Source: Octopus vulgaris
Taxonomy: Eukaryota
Assembly (NCBI GenBank): GCA_951406725.2
Contig: OX597819.1
Span: 109,120,001-109,184,000, forward strand
DNA length: 64,000 bases
Direction of reading: 5' to 3'
Positions 52,831-64,000 of the stretch are shown one piece after another. The notes beneath the pieces are model-generated. The model saw nothing but the letters and a program-made list of their open reading frames with translations, was not told where the DNA came from and ran no database searches. The stretch's first letter is position 1. Each line of letters begins with the position of its first letter. A program made the translations under genes and the position numbers.

Positions 52831-53644
52831 CTGTAAATCCTCTGGCAATGTTTATTCAGATGCATTTTGTGATGTTGCATGTGAAAATACCTTAAGCTAA
52901 GCCTGAAAGCAATGAAATCATAAATGAATCACCCATAACTTATAGTAAGCAACATTTATTAAAATAAAAGTATTCAGACACACAGAATAACATGTAACAA
53001 AAACAATTTGCAAACCTATTTACTAACATATTCGCGCTCCCGACCTGACTTTGATATGCAAATGGATTGTGTATGCATGGAATGAACTTGATCCCCAGAT
53101 TATTGTGAAAAGTTCTATCAAATGTTGTATATCGTCTGCACTGGATGGTACTGAGGATGACGTTGTATGGAAAGATGAAATAAATGAAAGTGAATCTTCT
53201 GATTTTGACTATGAATCTAATGATGACGGAGATTTACATTACAATGATGCTGATATGTTTACGGAGGAACAAATGGAACAGTTATTTGATGCTGAAAGTG
53301 ACGTTGAATTTGAAAGATTTGAATAAATGTTTTTGCTTTTGCTTTTGCAACTGATAGTGATAAATATGTAAAGGCTATTTATTTTTCCCTGACTGTTATT
53401 TCTTTATTTTATGCAAACAAAATGCACAAAAAAGCTACACATTTGCATTATGTTATATATATACAATAATAAAGAACGTTACTGTATACATTTTTACAAA
53501 CCAAGGACTTTATATAGACCTCCTTGACTCAAGTTTGAGAAGGGGTATGTATTATACACAAGGTTTAGGTTTTCCAGCGGTACAGCCCCCTAAAAATCCC
53601 CTGCATATTATACTCAAGGTCAGACTATACTCGAGGATTTATGG
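52831..53644 (+). mobile_element. Internally deleted Tigger/pogo DNA transposon
   Basis: TA|CTGTAAATCCTC...GAGGATTTATGG|TA; ORF ICKWIVYAWNELDPQIIVKSSIKCCISSALDGTEDDVVW matches a pogo C-terminus. Confidence 0.82.
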
Positions 53645-53714
53645 TACTTACTAAAGCAAAAAGGGATTTATCATTCTGGTTATGAATATATCCACAAGCA
53701 ACTGTCATTGCTGA

Positions 53715-55180
53715 TCCCCAACAGAAGGACCAGCGATCCATATTGAGAGTACCTTGGTAGATAAAGTAGTTAAGGGTATGAAGACAGGGAAAGCCCTTGG
53801 CCCATCAAGAATCACTGCAGAGATGCTCACAATATTTGGTGGTGTTGGCTATAGCCTAGTCACCCGTATAGTGAACCAGGTGATACATGAAGGTGTCAAA
53901 CCCAATGACTGGTGTAGCAGCCCCATAGTCAACTGCTACAAGGGTAAAAGTGACGAATTAGATACAAATAATTACAGGGGTATCAAGTTATTGGATCAGG
54001 TAATGGAAGTAATGGAGAGGGTCATAGCCCAACTGATTAGGGACAGATTCAGTCAAGATGCAGTTGAGCTTGTGCCAGGGAAAAGCACCACGTGCTATAT
54101 TTCTGCTAAGACAGCTGCAGAAGAAATAGCAAGCCAAAGATAAACCTCTGTACCTGGCTTTCGTTGACATGGAGAAAGCCTTTGACAGGTCCATCGATCC
54201 CTTATTTGGTGGTCAATGAGAAAACTAGGAATAGATGAATGGTTTGCGAGGGCTGTACAAACCATGTACAGCGATGCTGTCAGTAAGGGGAGGGTTGGCA
54301 ACGAGTACAGTGAAGAATTGAGTAGGGATAGGGGTCCACAAAGGATCAGTCCTCAGCCATCCTCTTATTCCTCCAGGCAATAACAAAGGAATTCAAGACA
54401 ATATGCCCCTGGGGCTTCTGTATGCTCTAATTGCTGAGTGACTATCAGACCTAGAGGAGAAGTTTCAGGTGTGTAAGCAAGGATTAGAATAGAAGGGCCT
54501 TTGAGTCAACCCAGCAAAAAAAAAACAAGTCTTCATAAGTAGCAAGGCAGACAAACCACAAATCCTGCTCAATTTGTAGAAAAGGCGTCGGTAGAAACTC
54601 CATAAGATGGATCTGGTGTAAGCTTTGGACAAATAAGAGATGCAGCAATATCAAAAGAAGGCTAACTGGGAAGATAATTTTTGTGTATGGCAAATGCTTA
54701 GGAGCAATAAACACTGAAAATGTGCAGAGAACAGCTTTCACACATTCCAGGGGGAAAACTACAAGTAGTTAATAGCTTCTGTTACCTAGGTGACCGAGTC
54801 AGTAGCGGTGCCAGATGCTCTGAAAGTATGACTGCTAGAATAAGAATAGCCTGGGCAAAGTTCAGAGAGCACCTGCCTCTGCTGGTAACAAAGGGCCTCT
54901 CGCTTAGAGTAAAAGGTAGACTGTATGATGCATGTGTGTGAACAGCCATGCTACATTGCAGTGAAACATGAGCCTTGACTGCTGAGACATGTATAGGCTT
55001 GCAAGCAATGAAGCCACTATGCTCTGCTGCATGTGTAATGTCAGTGTTCCTTCATAACAGAGTGTAAGTGTCCTGAGAGAAAAGTTGGGCTTAAGAAGCA
55101 TCAGATGTGGCGTGCCAGAGAAATGTCTGTGCTCATATGGTAATGTGTTGCGAATGGATGAGGACAGCTGCTTGAAAAAG
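53715..55180 (+). mobile_element. Decayed RTE LINE (RT region)
   Basis: MKTGKALGPSRITAEML, NYRGIKLLDQVMEV, LAFVDMEKAFD, and a thumb region matching 23472-24150. Confidence 0.85.
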
Positions 55181-56079
55181 CTCATGGTTGCAGGTCAATT
55201 TAAGAACACAGAATGCTTGTGTCACAATTCTTCCTTTCCTAAGACTGCAACATTATGTTGGCAAGAAACCATCACTTTATTGTGCTGCTACCGTATAAGA
55301 GTCTCTGAGAAATTTAGAAATGCAGTATTTCTAATCTCATATGAATTAAAATAATCAGAAAATGGAGAAAACTTTTGATAACAATCAAACAAATTGGACC
55401 ACATCGGTAGATTAGTTTTTAGTACAAAACAGGACATAACATTTCTTATGGCCGTTTCTGCTTCTAATATTAGCATGTGTGAAAGAATTTCGAAAATAAT
55501 ATTCGTCATTTTCATAGCCCAATCCATCTAGTACATGAAGCTTCATCAGAGTGAATACATATGTGTACAAAAAAAAAAAAAGGAAAAAAAACAGGGCAAG
55601 AGGAAATAGGAAAAAACTAGACCTCGAGAAGAGGCCAAAAGGCTGAATATATTAAAAATCATACCATTTTCCAGTGTGAAGCTTTGAAGTTGATAGGAAA
55701 ATGAGTGAACAAGCAATGGCCTAGGGAAATATTTATGCGTCATTTCCATGTAAAGGGGAAACCAGAGTGTTAGAAGAGTATATATATATATAACACAAGG
55801 ATTTAGTTTATAGGTGATGTACACGACTAAGTACGCTAGGTAAGTGATATAATGGATTACTAGGGCTCCAAAGTTATATCCAAGACTCTAGGGCCAATAT
55901 AAAGATCCTCACCCGGGAACCAAAAAAAAAATGAAAATTAACCAGCCTGCAGGGTGTTAATGAGTATATGGAAAACGAATATTCTATCATCAGAGACAAA
56001 TAGGGAAAATGAGATGGGTAGAGATGAATGAAATGACGACAGGAGCAAAGGAATGAGATGAAGAAAGAGAAGAAAGTTT

Positions 56080-56482
56080 GGATCCTTTCGGTTTGAACGG
56101 CAGTTTTTAACATAATTTCTAGGTAACTAAAAAATTTTAAACTTCATATACTGATAGAATGTGTTTATAAAACATCTTTTTCTCTTGGCTTTATTGAGAA
56201 AATTCTATAGTTTGTAAGATGTTTGTTGGGTTTTTTCTGCAATTTCAACCAATCAATGACGTCTATTGAGGTAAAAGACATTCTGTGCCGTATGAATATG
56301 TCCCTCGTTTAAGAAACAGATTGGGTTTATTTACATTTGTGAAGAAAAAAAAAGATACCCTTCTCCCACCCCTAACCCTAAAACAGATTGAAATGCAATA
56401 GATCGATATTAGGGTCATAATTATGGGTGACAATTTCATATGACACCGCTAGAAAAAACTGCCGGTCAAACCGAAAAGATCC
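56080..56482. mobile_element. MITE, same family as 21651-22057
   Basis: TIRs GGATCCTTTCGGTTTGAACGGCAG/CTGCCGGTCAAACCGAAAAGATCC; perfect 8-bp TSD GAAAGTTT. Confidence 0.9.
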
Positions 56483-57454
56483 GAAAGTTTTTTGTACATT
56501 GCGTTTCATTTAATTGGAGAGATGCGAGTCTGGAGAAGCTCCGAGTAGAATATATGAGTACACTTCGCTAAAATAATCTGGTGGAAATTGGAAATAACTT
56601 GAAGGGAAGATATTTACAGAATGAGACAAAAACCAAAACGGGAATGGAGCCAAACAGTTACTAGAATCATCTATTGGAGAATTGAAGAAATACAATCGCA
56701 TCAAGGGAAATAACTGCTACATCACTTAAACGAAGTCCAATTAAATTCTTAATTAAGGTGATCGCTGACTCGCTGTTTATATCTTAACGTGGTAAGTTGA
56801 CAAAGATTTTCTTAAGGCTGTAATGGTGATAATAGTATTACTAATAGCAATGTAAATAATAGAATTATGTGAACCAGTTACAGTAATTATTTTTTGAAGC
56901 GAAAACATTCGGAAAATATATTTCCTTGTCTTAAATAATAACTTGCAAAATGAAATGTTGGTCGGCTGTTTATGAAAACCGATGACCGACAGTTACATGT
57001 GATTGGTTGATTAAACGAGAGTAAAACAGCGTAATCAATTAGTAAAATGAGAGGAAACCGATTGAAGAATGCCACATTCGTATATGTTGTCCTGTTCTTT
57101 AGGAGTCACTGATAAAACGGTAAGTTGACAAAGATTTTCTAAATAACAGTAATGATGATTGTGGCTTCCAATTTTGGCCCAGGGCCAGCGCTGTTTCATT
57201 CAGGCGGGAAATGAGTATTTCTCGAAAAGGATAAAAGACGAATTCGGCCTCGGTCTTATTTGAGCTTGCCGCCGAGTGAATAAAATAATGACGGAAGCAC
57301 ATGTCCTCGACTTTGGGGGAAGGGATTAAGTCGATCCCATCGACCTCAATGCGAGCCCAGAAGGATGAAAAGTCGACCTCATCGGAATTTGTACACGTAA
57401 CATAAAGACGGGCGAAATACCAATTTTTTTATTACCCACAGGGACAAAACAACC

Positions 57455-57676
57455 GTACTATTTAAAAAGAGTGGTCCCAGTGCGCGCACTCGCGCTTCTG
57501 CGCTAGATAGTCGTGACTAGTCGATCCTACAATGACTAACCTAGCGAAGTAAATAAAACACAAAATAAATAATTTTTTTAAAACAAAGTAAATAAAACAC
57601 GAAAACAAAGTAAGGATCGACTAGCTAATGCGGATGCACGAGTGCGCGCACCGGGACCGCTCTTCTTAAATAGTAC
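57455..57676. mobile_element. MITE with ~40-bp TIRs (related half-copy at about 47820-47890)
   Basis: GTACTATTTAAAAAGAGTGGTCCCAGTGCGCGCACTCG / CGAGTGCGCGCACCGGGACCGCTCTTCTTAAATAGTAC. Confidence 0.75.
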
Positions 57677-57879
57677 CTTACATAAATATGAATATAAAAA
57701 TTATATAAGATATATAAGAATCGAATGAAATACACAATACAAATATGACACACCTATTACACACATTTTTTTTTTGATTTTCTGATAATCGTAACGCCCT
57801 ATATTAACCAAGATGATTAGGCCACGTTCCGACTCCATAAGTCCCGATCTATCGCTAGTACTTCCTTCATCTCTTATTT

Positions 57880-59260
57880 TTCTTCTATAGCCTATTCACA
57901 TGGTCCCTTGCACGCACAGCACTCGTGCAACATGCTTCCATCTTTTTGTGAACACACTCTCTGACAGGCGTCTCTTCTCCGGTCACACTTTACTTTTCAA
58001 ATGAAAAGTGAAAAACGATCTTAAGTCATGGCCGGAGATTAAGTTACCCGTCTTAATCCCTTTTATCCTAGTCTTCCATACTGCCTTTTTCGCTGTTACA
58101 AATACAGTGAGAAAACAATTCTTACCTTCGTTCGTTAAAAATTCCTGTGGGTCAATTTTTATAATTGACCCAGTCGACAGCTGTACTCTCCCTTCGCCGG
58201 ACAACAGGAGTTCAGCATAAACCTACATTTCAGATATCTCTGGGCACTGGACAAGAGCGTGAGAGACAGTTTCCCTATCCCACCCACATCTTGGACAGGT
58301 TGGAGAGTGAGACTTTCCATGTCTTGCGAGTTTATCCCAAACGGGCAAGGCACCCTTGTAACATTGCCTGGTCAAGGACTTTTGGAAATTGTCCGACGTT
58401 CCCAACCCAAATGGACGGTGGATCAGGCTGTCAAGTTGAATATACCTGAGATGTAGAGTCGCTCCCATGTCATTGTCACATTCAGACTCTACCAACCTAC
58501 TATATAAAAAAAAAGTGTAGAACCCCCACAGCTGGTGTTGCCCAAGCACCGAAATAGCAGGAGGGCCTTATGACACACCATATGCCACTTAATTCACCTC
58601 CGTCTATGAGTACACCAGGCTTCCTGTTTGCAAAAACTTTTGAACTCGGGGAACATTTGTCTGGCTAGCAGAGACCACACCCATTCGCCATCCAGGAGAA
58701 TCCAGAGATGCTTCAACCTCAACACATGCCTGCGCATCATTAACCAAGGCATCCCTAAACAACAGATAGAGCATTTCACAAGTGGCGACTTGCCCTTCCA
58801 CAAGACATGAAAGAACATCTTGCTCACGAATCTGAACAGGACACAACGGTCAGGCGGTAAGTAATGATCGATGCGATGAACACATTGGCCACCGCCAAGA
58901 CCAGGTCTTGAGTATCACAGGCACCCTGCTTGAAACCTCCGTCCAGATCTTCTCTATCTTGAACCTAGTCCAAACCAGACTCCCAGCAATTCAACTGGTC
59001 ACTCCGTCCAATGCCCAACAACGCTGTCTGAAGGCATCAATTTGCCAACCCAGGTGCCGAGCTGCAAGCCGACCGACTTTTCCAGGTTGATCTTTGCTCC
59101 TGCCACCGTCTTGTAAATCTCAATAGCATTATCCACTTCATGTAGGCGTGCTGCTGTGGTAACACTAATACTGATACCATATGTATAAGGCAAAACAAAC
59201 TCCTCTAAACCTGGTTCTCTTGGGATGTCACTCAACTTCCACAGTAGGAGCTCAAGAAGA
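57880..59260 (-). mobile_element. L1/Tx1-clade LINE fragment (copy B, extends further 3')
   Basis: Near-identical to 48662-49735 from 58203 onward; extra C-terminal AKKAVWKTR segment. Confidence 0.8.
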
Positions 59261-60579
59261 ATGGGAAAGTTTTTCATGTTTTAAGCATACACTTTTCGAG
59301 AGAAAGGTGTGAGAGGAAACAACATGGGGAGAGAGATTGAGAAGTAAAGGGGCCAGATTAATGGTTCACATGTTAGAATGATATATATGCATAAATTAAT
59401 TGTAAAGATTCACCAATTGTGAGGTAAGTGCCCTATGAACTAAGCCACACCACTTCACATGTGAAGCAAGGAAAACAAAGAAAAGAGAGAAAGGTAGAAA
59501 TGATTCCTCTATATACATCATCATCATCATCATCCTTGTTGTTTAACGTCTGCTTTAAATGCTGGGGTAGGTTGGACGGCTTGATTGAAGGCTGCACCAG
59601 GTTCCAAACTGATCTGGTAATGTTTCTACATTTGGATGCCCTTCCTAACATCAACTACTCTGAGAGTTTACTGTGTGTTTTTTACGTGACACTGGCTTGC
59701 GGTCAGTCAGTCAGCACTGGCATCAACCACACTCGAATGCTGCTTATTATGTGCCACTGGCACAAGATCCAATCAGGCAGTAAACCTTTCCATGCCTCAA
59801 TGGATTCTGACCAGTGGAAACATGGACATTAAATGAATGACAGTGTCGATGTTGTAATATTTGCAATGTTGAAGGCAGCGAGCTGGCAGAAACATTAGCA
59901 TATCGGGCGAAATGCTTAGCAGTATTTCGTCTGTCTTTATATTCTGAGTTCAGGTTCTGCCAAGGTTGATTTCTGTTTTATCCTTTCGAGGTCGATAAAT
60001 TGAGTACCATTTGTATACTGGGGTCGATCTAATTGTCTGGCCCTTCCCCATAAATTTTGGGCCGTGGGCCTAGAGAAGAAAAGAATATTTGCGATGTTGA
60101 ATTGCTAAGTCATTTAACTATCCTCTTTATCTCACTGACTCTTTTTTACTATTTCAGAATATCACATCCTGTTGACATAAAAGAAATTACTTCATTCAGA
60201 TGTGCCTTTGATAGTTTTATCAACTTTTATTGACTAAAGGAAGACGATATATTTATAAGGAGCATTCATCAATACATCTACCTTTTTACTATAAATAAAA
60301 TCTATGACAAAATATGGCAAAATATTTCTTCTGGACAATGGAATTAACAGCAACAATTTGAAGTCCTTGCTATCTGGAATATAGAGGAGATGATTGCTTT
60401 ACAGGTTAATTAAGCTTGGATAACTTTACAAAGGCATAGACAATTGTCACCTCATGATTTAGATATTAAGCAAAATCTCAGAGGAAAGAAACGGCATTAA
60501 ATTATTCCCTAAAAATAGTGACACAACTGAACACAAACATTCTCATAGAAATGAATTACACACTATCATTGTGATATAT

Positions 60580-61743
60580 ATGACAAATTATCCTCTCATG
60601 ATGAATCATTTAACTAAAGCAAACAACCCTGATACAGGTGAGAAAACATATCACTCTAATACCTGCAGTAAATCATTCTGTCAGAGTGGTGTATTGGCTA
60701 GACACAAACGTACACATAGAGGGGAGAAGCCCTATCATTGTGATATCTGTGGTAAATCGTTCTCTCAAACTGGTAACTTGACTACACACAAACTAACGCA
60801 TACAGGAGAGAAGCCATACCATTGTGATATCTGTGGTAAATCATTCTCTCAAATTGGTAACTTGACTACACACAAACTTACGCATACAGGAGAGAAGCCA
60901 TACCATTGTGATATCTGTGGTAAATCATTCTCTCAAACTAGTAACTTGACTACACACAAACTTACGCATACAGGAGAGAAGCCATACCATTGTGATATCT
61001 GTGATAAATCATTCTCTCAAATTGGTAACTTGACTACACACAAACTTACGCATACAGGAGAGAAGCCATACCATTGTGATATCTGTGGTAAATCATTCTC
61101 TCAAACTGGTAACTTGACTATACACAAACTTACGCATACAGGAGAGAAGCCATACCATTGTGATATCTCTGGTAAATCATTCTCTCAAAGTGGTAACTTG
61201 ACTACACACAAAACTACGTATACAGGAGAGAAGCCATACCATTGCGATATCTGTGGTAAATCATTCACTCAAAGTGGTAACTTGACTACACACAAACTTA
61301 CGCATACAGGGGAGAAGCCATACCATTGTGATATCTGTGGTAAATCATTCACTCAAAGTGGTAACTTGACTACACACAAACTTACGCATACAGGGGAGAA
61401 GCCATACCATTGTGATATCTGTGGTAAATCATTCTCTCAAACTGGTAACTTGACTACACACAAACTTACGCATACAAGAGAGAAGCCATACCATTGTGAT
61501 ATCTGTGGTAAATCATTCTCTCAAACTGGTAACTTGACTACACACAAACTTACGCATACAAGAGAGAAGCCATACCATTGTGATATCTGTGGTAAATTAT
61601 TCACTCAAACTGGTAACTTGACTACACACAAACTTAGGCATACAGGAGATAAGCCATACCATTGTGATATCTGTGGTAAATTATTCACTCAAACTGGTAA
61701 CTTGACCACACACAAACTTACGCATACAAGAGAGAAGCCATAA
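60580..61743 (+). CDS. C2H2 zinc-finger protein copy B with homogenised 84-bp finger array
   Basis: 12 near-identical [23 protein letters not shown] units in frame before a TAC>TAA stop at 61741; degenerate fingers continue to about 62583; AATAAA at 62801; acceptor at 60157. Confidence 0.85.
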   Translation: MTNYPLMMNHLTKANNPDTGEKTYHSNTCSKSFCQSGVLARHKRTHRGEKPYHCDICGKSFSQTGNLTTHKLTHTGEKPYHCDICGKSFSQIGNLTTHKLTHTGEKPYHCDICGKSFSQTSNLTTHKLTHTGEKPYHCDICDKSFSQIGNLTTHKLTHTGEKPYHCDICGKSFSQTGNLTIHKLTHTGEKPYHCDISGKSFSQSGNLTTHKTTYTGEKPYHCDICGKSFTQSGNLTTHKLTHTGEKPYHCDICGKSFTQSGNLTTHKLTHTGEKPYHCDICGKSFSQTGNLTTHKLTHTREKPYHCDICGKSFSQTGNLTTHKLTHTREKPYHCDICGKLFTQTGNLTTHKLRHTGDKPYHCDICGKLFTQTGNLTTHKLTHTREKP

Positions 61744-61929
<186 letters not shown>

Positions 61930-63488
61930 TAAACTATTCTCAAAGGAGTGACTTAACTAGAAACAAACGTACATCTACAGGAAAGAAGCCATTGAGCACC
62001 ATTGCGATATCTGTTGTAAATCATTCTCTGACAAAGGTACGTTGATAAAACACAAACTTACACATATAGCAGAGAATCTATATCATTGTGATATTTGCGG
62101 CAAATTCTTCCTTCAGAGTGGTGTCATGACTAAACACAAACGTGTACATACAGAAGAGAAGCCATATCATTCTGACATTTGTGATAAATCATTCACTCAA
62201 AGTTGTACCTTAACTAGAGACGAACATACAAATACAGGCAAGAAGCCATACCACTGTGATATCTGTAGTAAATCGTAGTCTTGTAATAGTCAGTTCACTA
62301 CTCATAAACGTACACATACAGGCAAGAAGCCATACCACTGTGATATCTCTGGTAAATCATTCTCTTTTTGTAGCGACTTAAATAAACACAAACGATGTAC
62401 ACAGACAGAAGAGAAGCCGTATCATTGTGATATCTGTGGTAAATCATACTTTAGAAATAGTCAGTTGACTATTCACAAACGTGTTCATACAGGAGAGAGG
62501 CCATATCATTGCGATATCTGTGGTAAATCATTCCCTCAAAAATGTCAATGAAGTAGACATTTGAGTATTCATACACAAGTGTAAAAATATCAATATCAAA
62601 ATTTATTACAACATATCAACAATTATGAGTTTTTTGTCTTCTACAAGACAAGGTTTATTCCTCTTCAAGCTTGATGTGTTCAACTTCAATTTTATAAATA
62701 TCAACTTCAGTATCATGGATATATCTAAATATATCAACACAATGAGAACTTTGATTTTTGATGAGGATTGTGCTGGATTTTGAGGAATTTGTTAGGAGAG
62801 AATAAAAGAATGAGAATAATGAATAAAAGATTTAAGGGAAATTGATTTGGTCTTTGTTGTGTTTTCCTCATGGTTGACTTTGTGTTTCATCCTTTCGAGG
62901 TCAATAAATTGAGCACCGTTTATATACTGGAGACAATCTAATTGCCTGGCTCCTCCCCATAAATTTTGGGCCTTGGGCCTAGAGAAGAGAAGAATATTTG
63001 CTATGTTGAATTGCTAAGTCATTTAACTATCCTCTTTATCTCACTGACTCTTTTTTTCTATTTCAGAATATCACATCCTGTTGACATAAAAGAAATTACT
63101 TCATTCAGATGTGCCTTTGATATTTTTATCAACTTTTATTGACTAAAGAAAGACGATATATTTATAAGGAGCATTCATCAATACATCTACCTTTTTACTA
63201 TAAAGAAAATCTATGACAAAATATGGCAAAATATTTCTTCTGGACGATGGAATTAACAGCAACAATTTGAAGTCCTTGCTATCTGGAATATAGAGGAGAT
63301 GATTGCTTTACAGGTTAATTAAGCTTGGATAACTTTACAAAGGCGTAGACAATTGTCACCTCATGATTTAGATATTAAGCAAAATCTCAGAGGAAAGAAA
63401 CGTCATTAAATTATTCCCTAAAAATAGTGACACAACTGAACACAAACATTCTCATAGAAATGAAATACACACTATCATTGTGATATGT

Positions 63489-64000
63489 ATGACAAATAAT
63501 CCTCTCATAATGAATCATTTAACTAAAACAAACACATCTGATATAGGTGAGAAACCATATTACTCTAATACCTGTAGTAAAACATTCTCTAAAAGTGGTG
63601 TCTTCACTACACACAAACAGACACATAGAGGAGAGAAAGCATATCATTGTGATATCTGTGGTGAATCATACTCTTATAATAGTCAGTTGACTATTCATAA
63701 ACGTGTTCATACAGGTGAGAAGCCATATCATTGTGATATCTGTGGTAAATCATTCTCTCAAAGTGGTGCCATGACTATACACAAACGTACACATACAGGT
63801 GAGAAGCCCTATCATTGTGATATCTGTGGTAAATCATTCTCTATGAGTGTTGCCTTAACTAAACATAAGCGTACACATACAGGAGAGAAGCCCTATTGTT
63901 GTGATATTTGTGGTAAATCATTCTCTCGGAGTGGTCACTTGACTAAACACAAACTTACACATACAGGAGAGAAGCCATATCATTGTGACATTTGTGGTAA
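63489..64000 (+). CDS. C2H2 zinc-finger protein copy C (open to the window edge)
   Basis: MTNNPLIMNHLTK...[47 protein letters not shown]...; no stop before 64000; acceptor TTTCAG at 63066. Confidence 0.85.
   Translation, partial: MTNNPLIMNHLTKTNTSDIGEKPYYSNTCSKTFSKSGVFTTHKQTHRGEKAYHCDICGESYSYNSQLTIHKRVHTGEKPYHCDICGKSFSQSGAMTIHKRTHTGEKPYHCDICGKSFSMSVALTKHKRTHTGEKPYCCDICGKSFSRSGHLTKHKLTHTGEKPYHCDICG

Overview
AT-rich, repeat-dense animal genomic DNA, most consistent with an octopus/cephalopod (inferred from the RTE/SINE repeat families and the '[10 protein letters not shown]' C2H2 zinc-finger cluster). Host genes are the first 11 coding exons of FTSJ3/SPB1 (minus strand, ATG at 21442, continuing off the left edge), an intact but catalytically dead pogo/Tigger-derived CENP-B-like gene (35837-37366), an intronless NAA20 (47040-47561, minus) and three tandem-duplicated C2H2 zinc-finger units (about 48.7 kb to the right edge). 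The rest is mostly TE debris: Helitrons, RTE, CR1/L2, L1/Tx1, Tc1, Tigger, piggyBac-, hAT- and Merlin/MULE-like MITEs, and tRNA-SINEs. The best leads are (1) a Penelope-like element with ~420-bp inverted terminal repeats, each carrying a complete type I hammerhead ribozyme, around an ORF whose RT core is deleted, (2) a PRDM9-style homogenised array of 13 x 84-bp zinc fingers amplified from one finger after a recent duplication, and (3) the domesticated transposase, which has four putative binding-site repeats just upstream. All calls were made by eye; no database searches were run.
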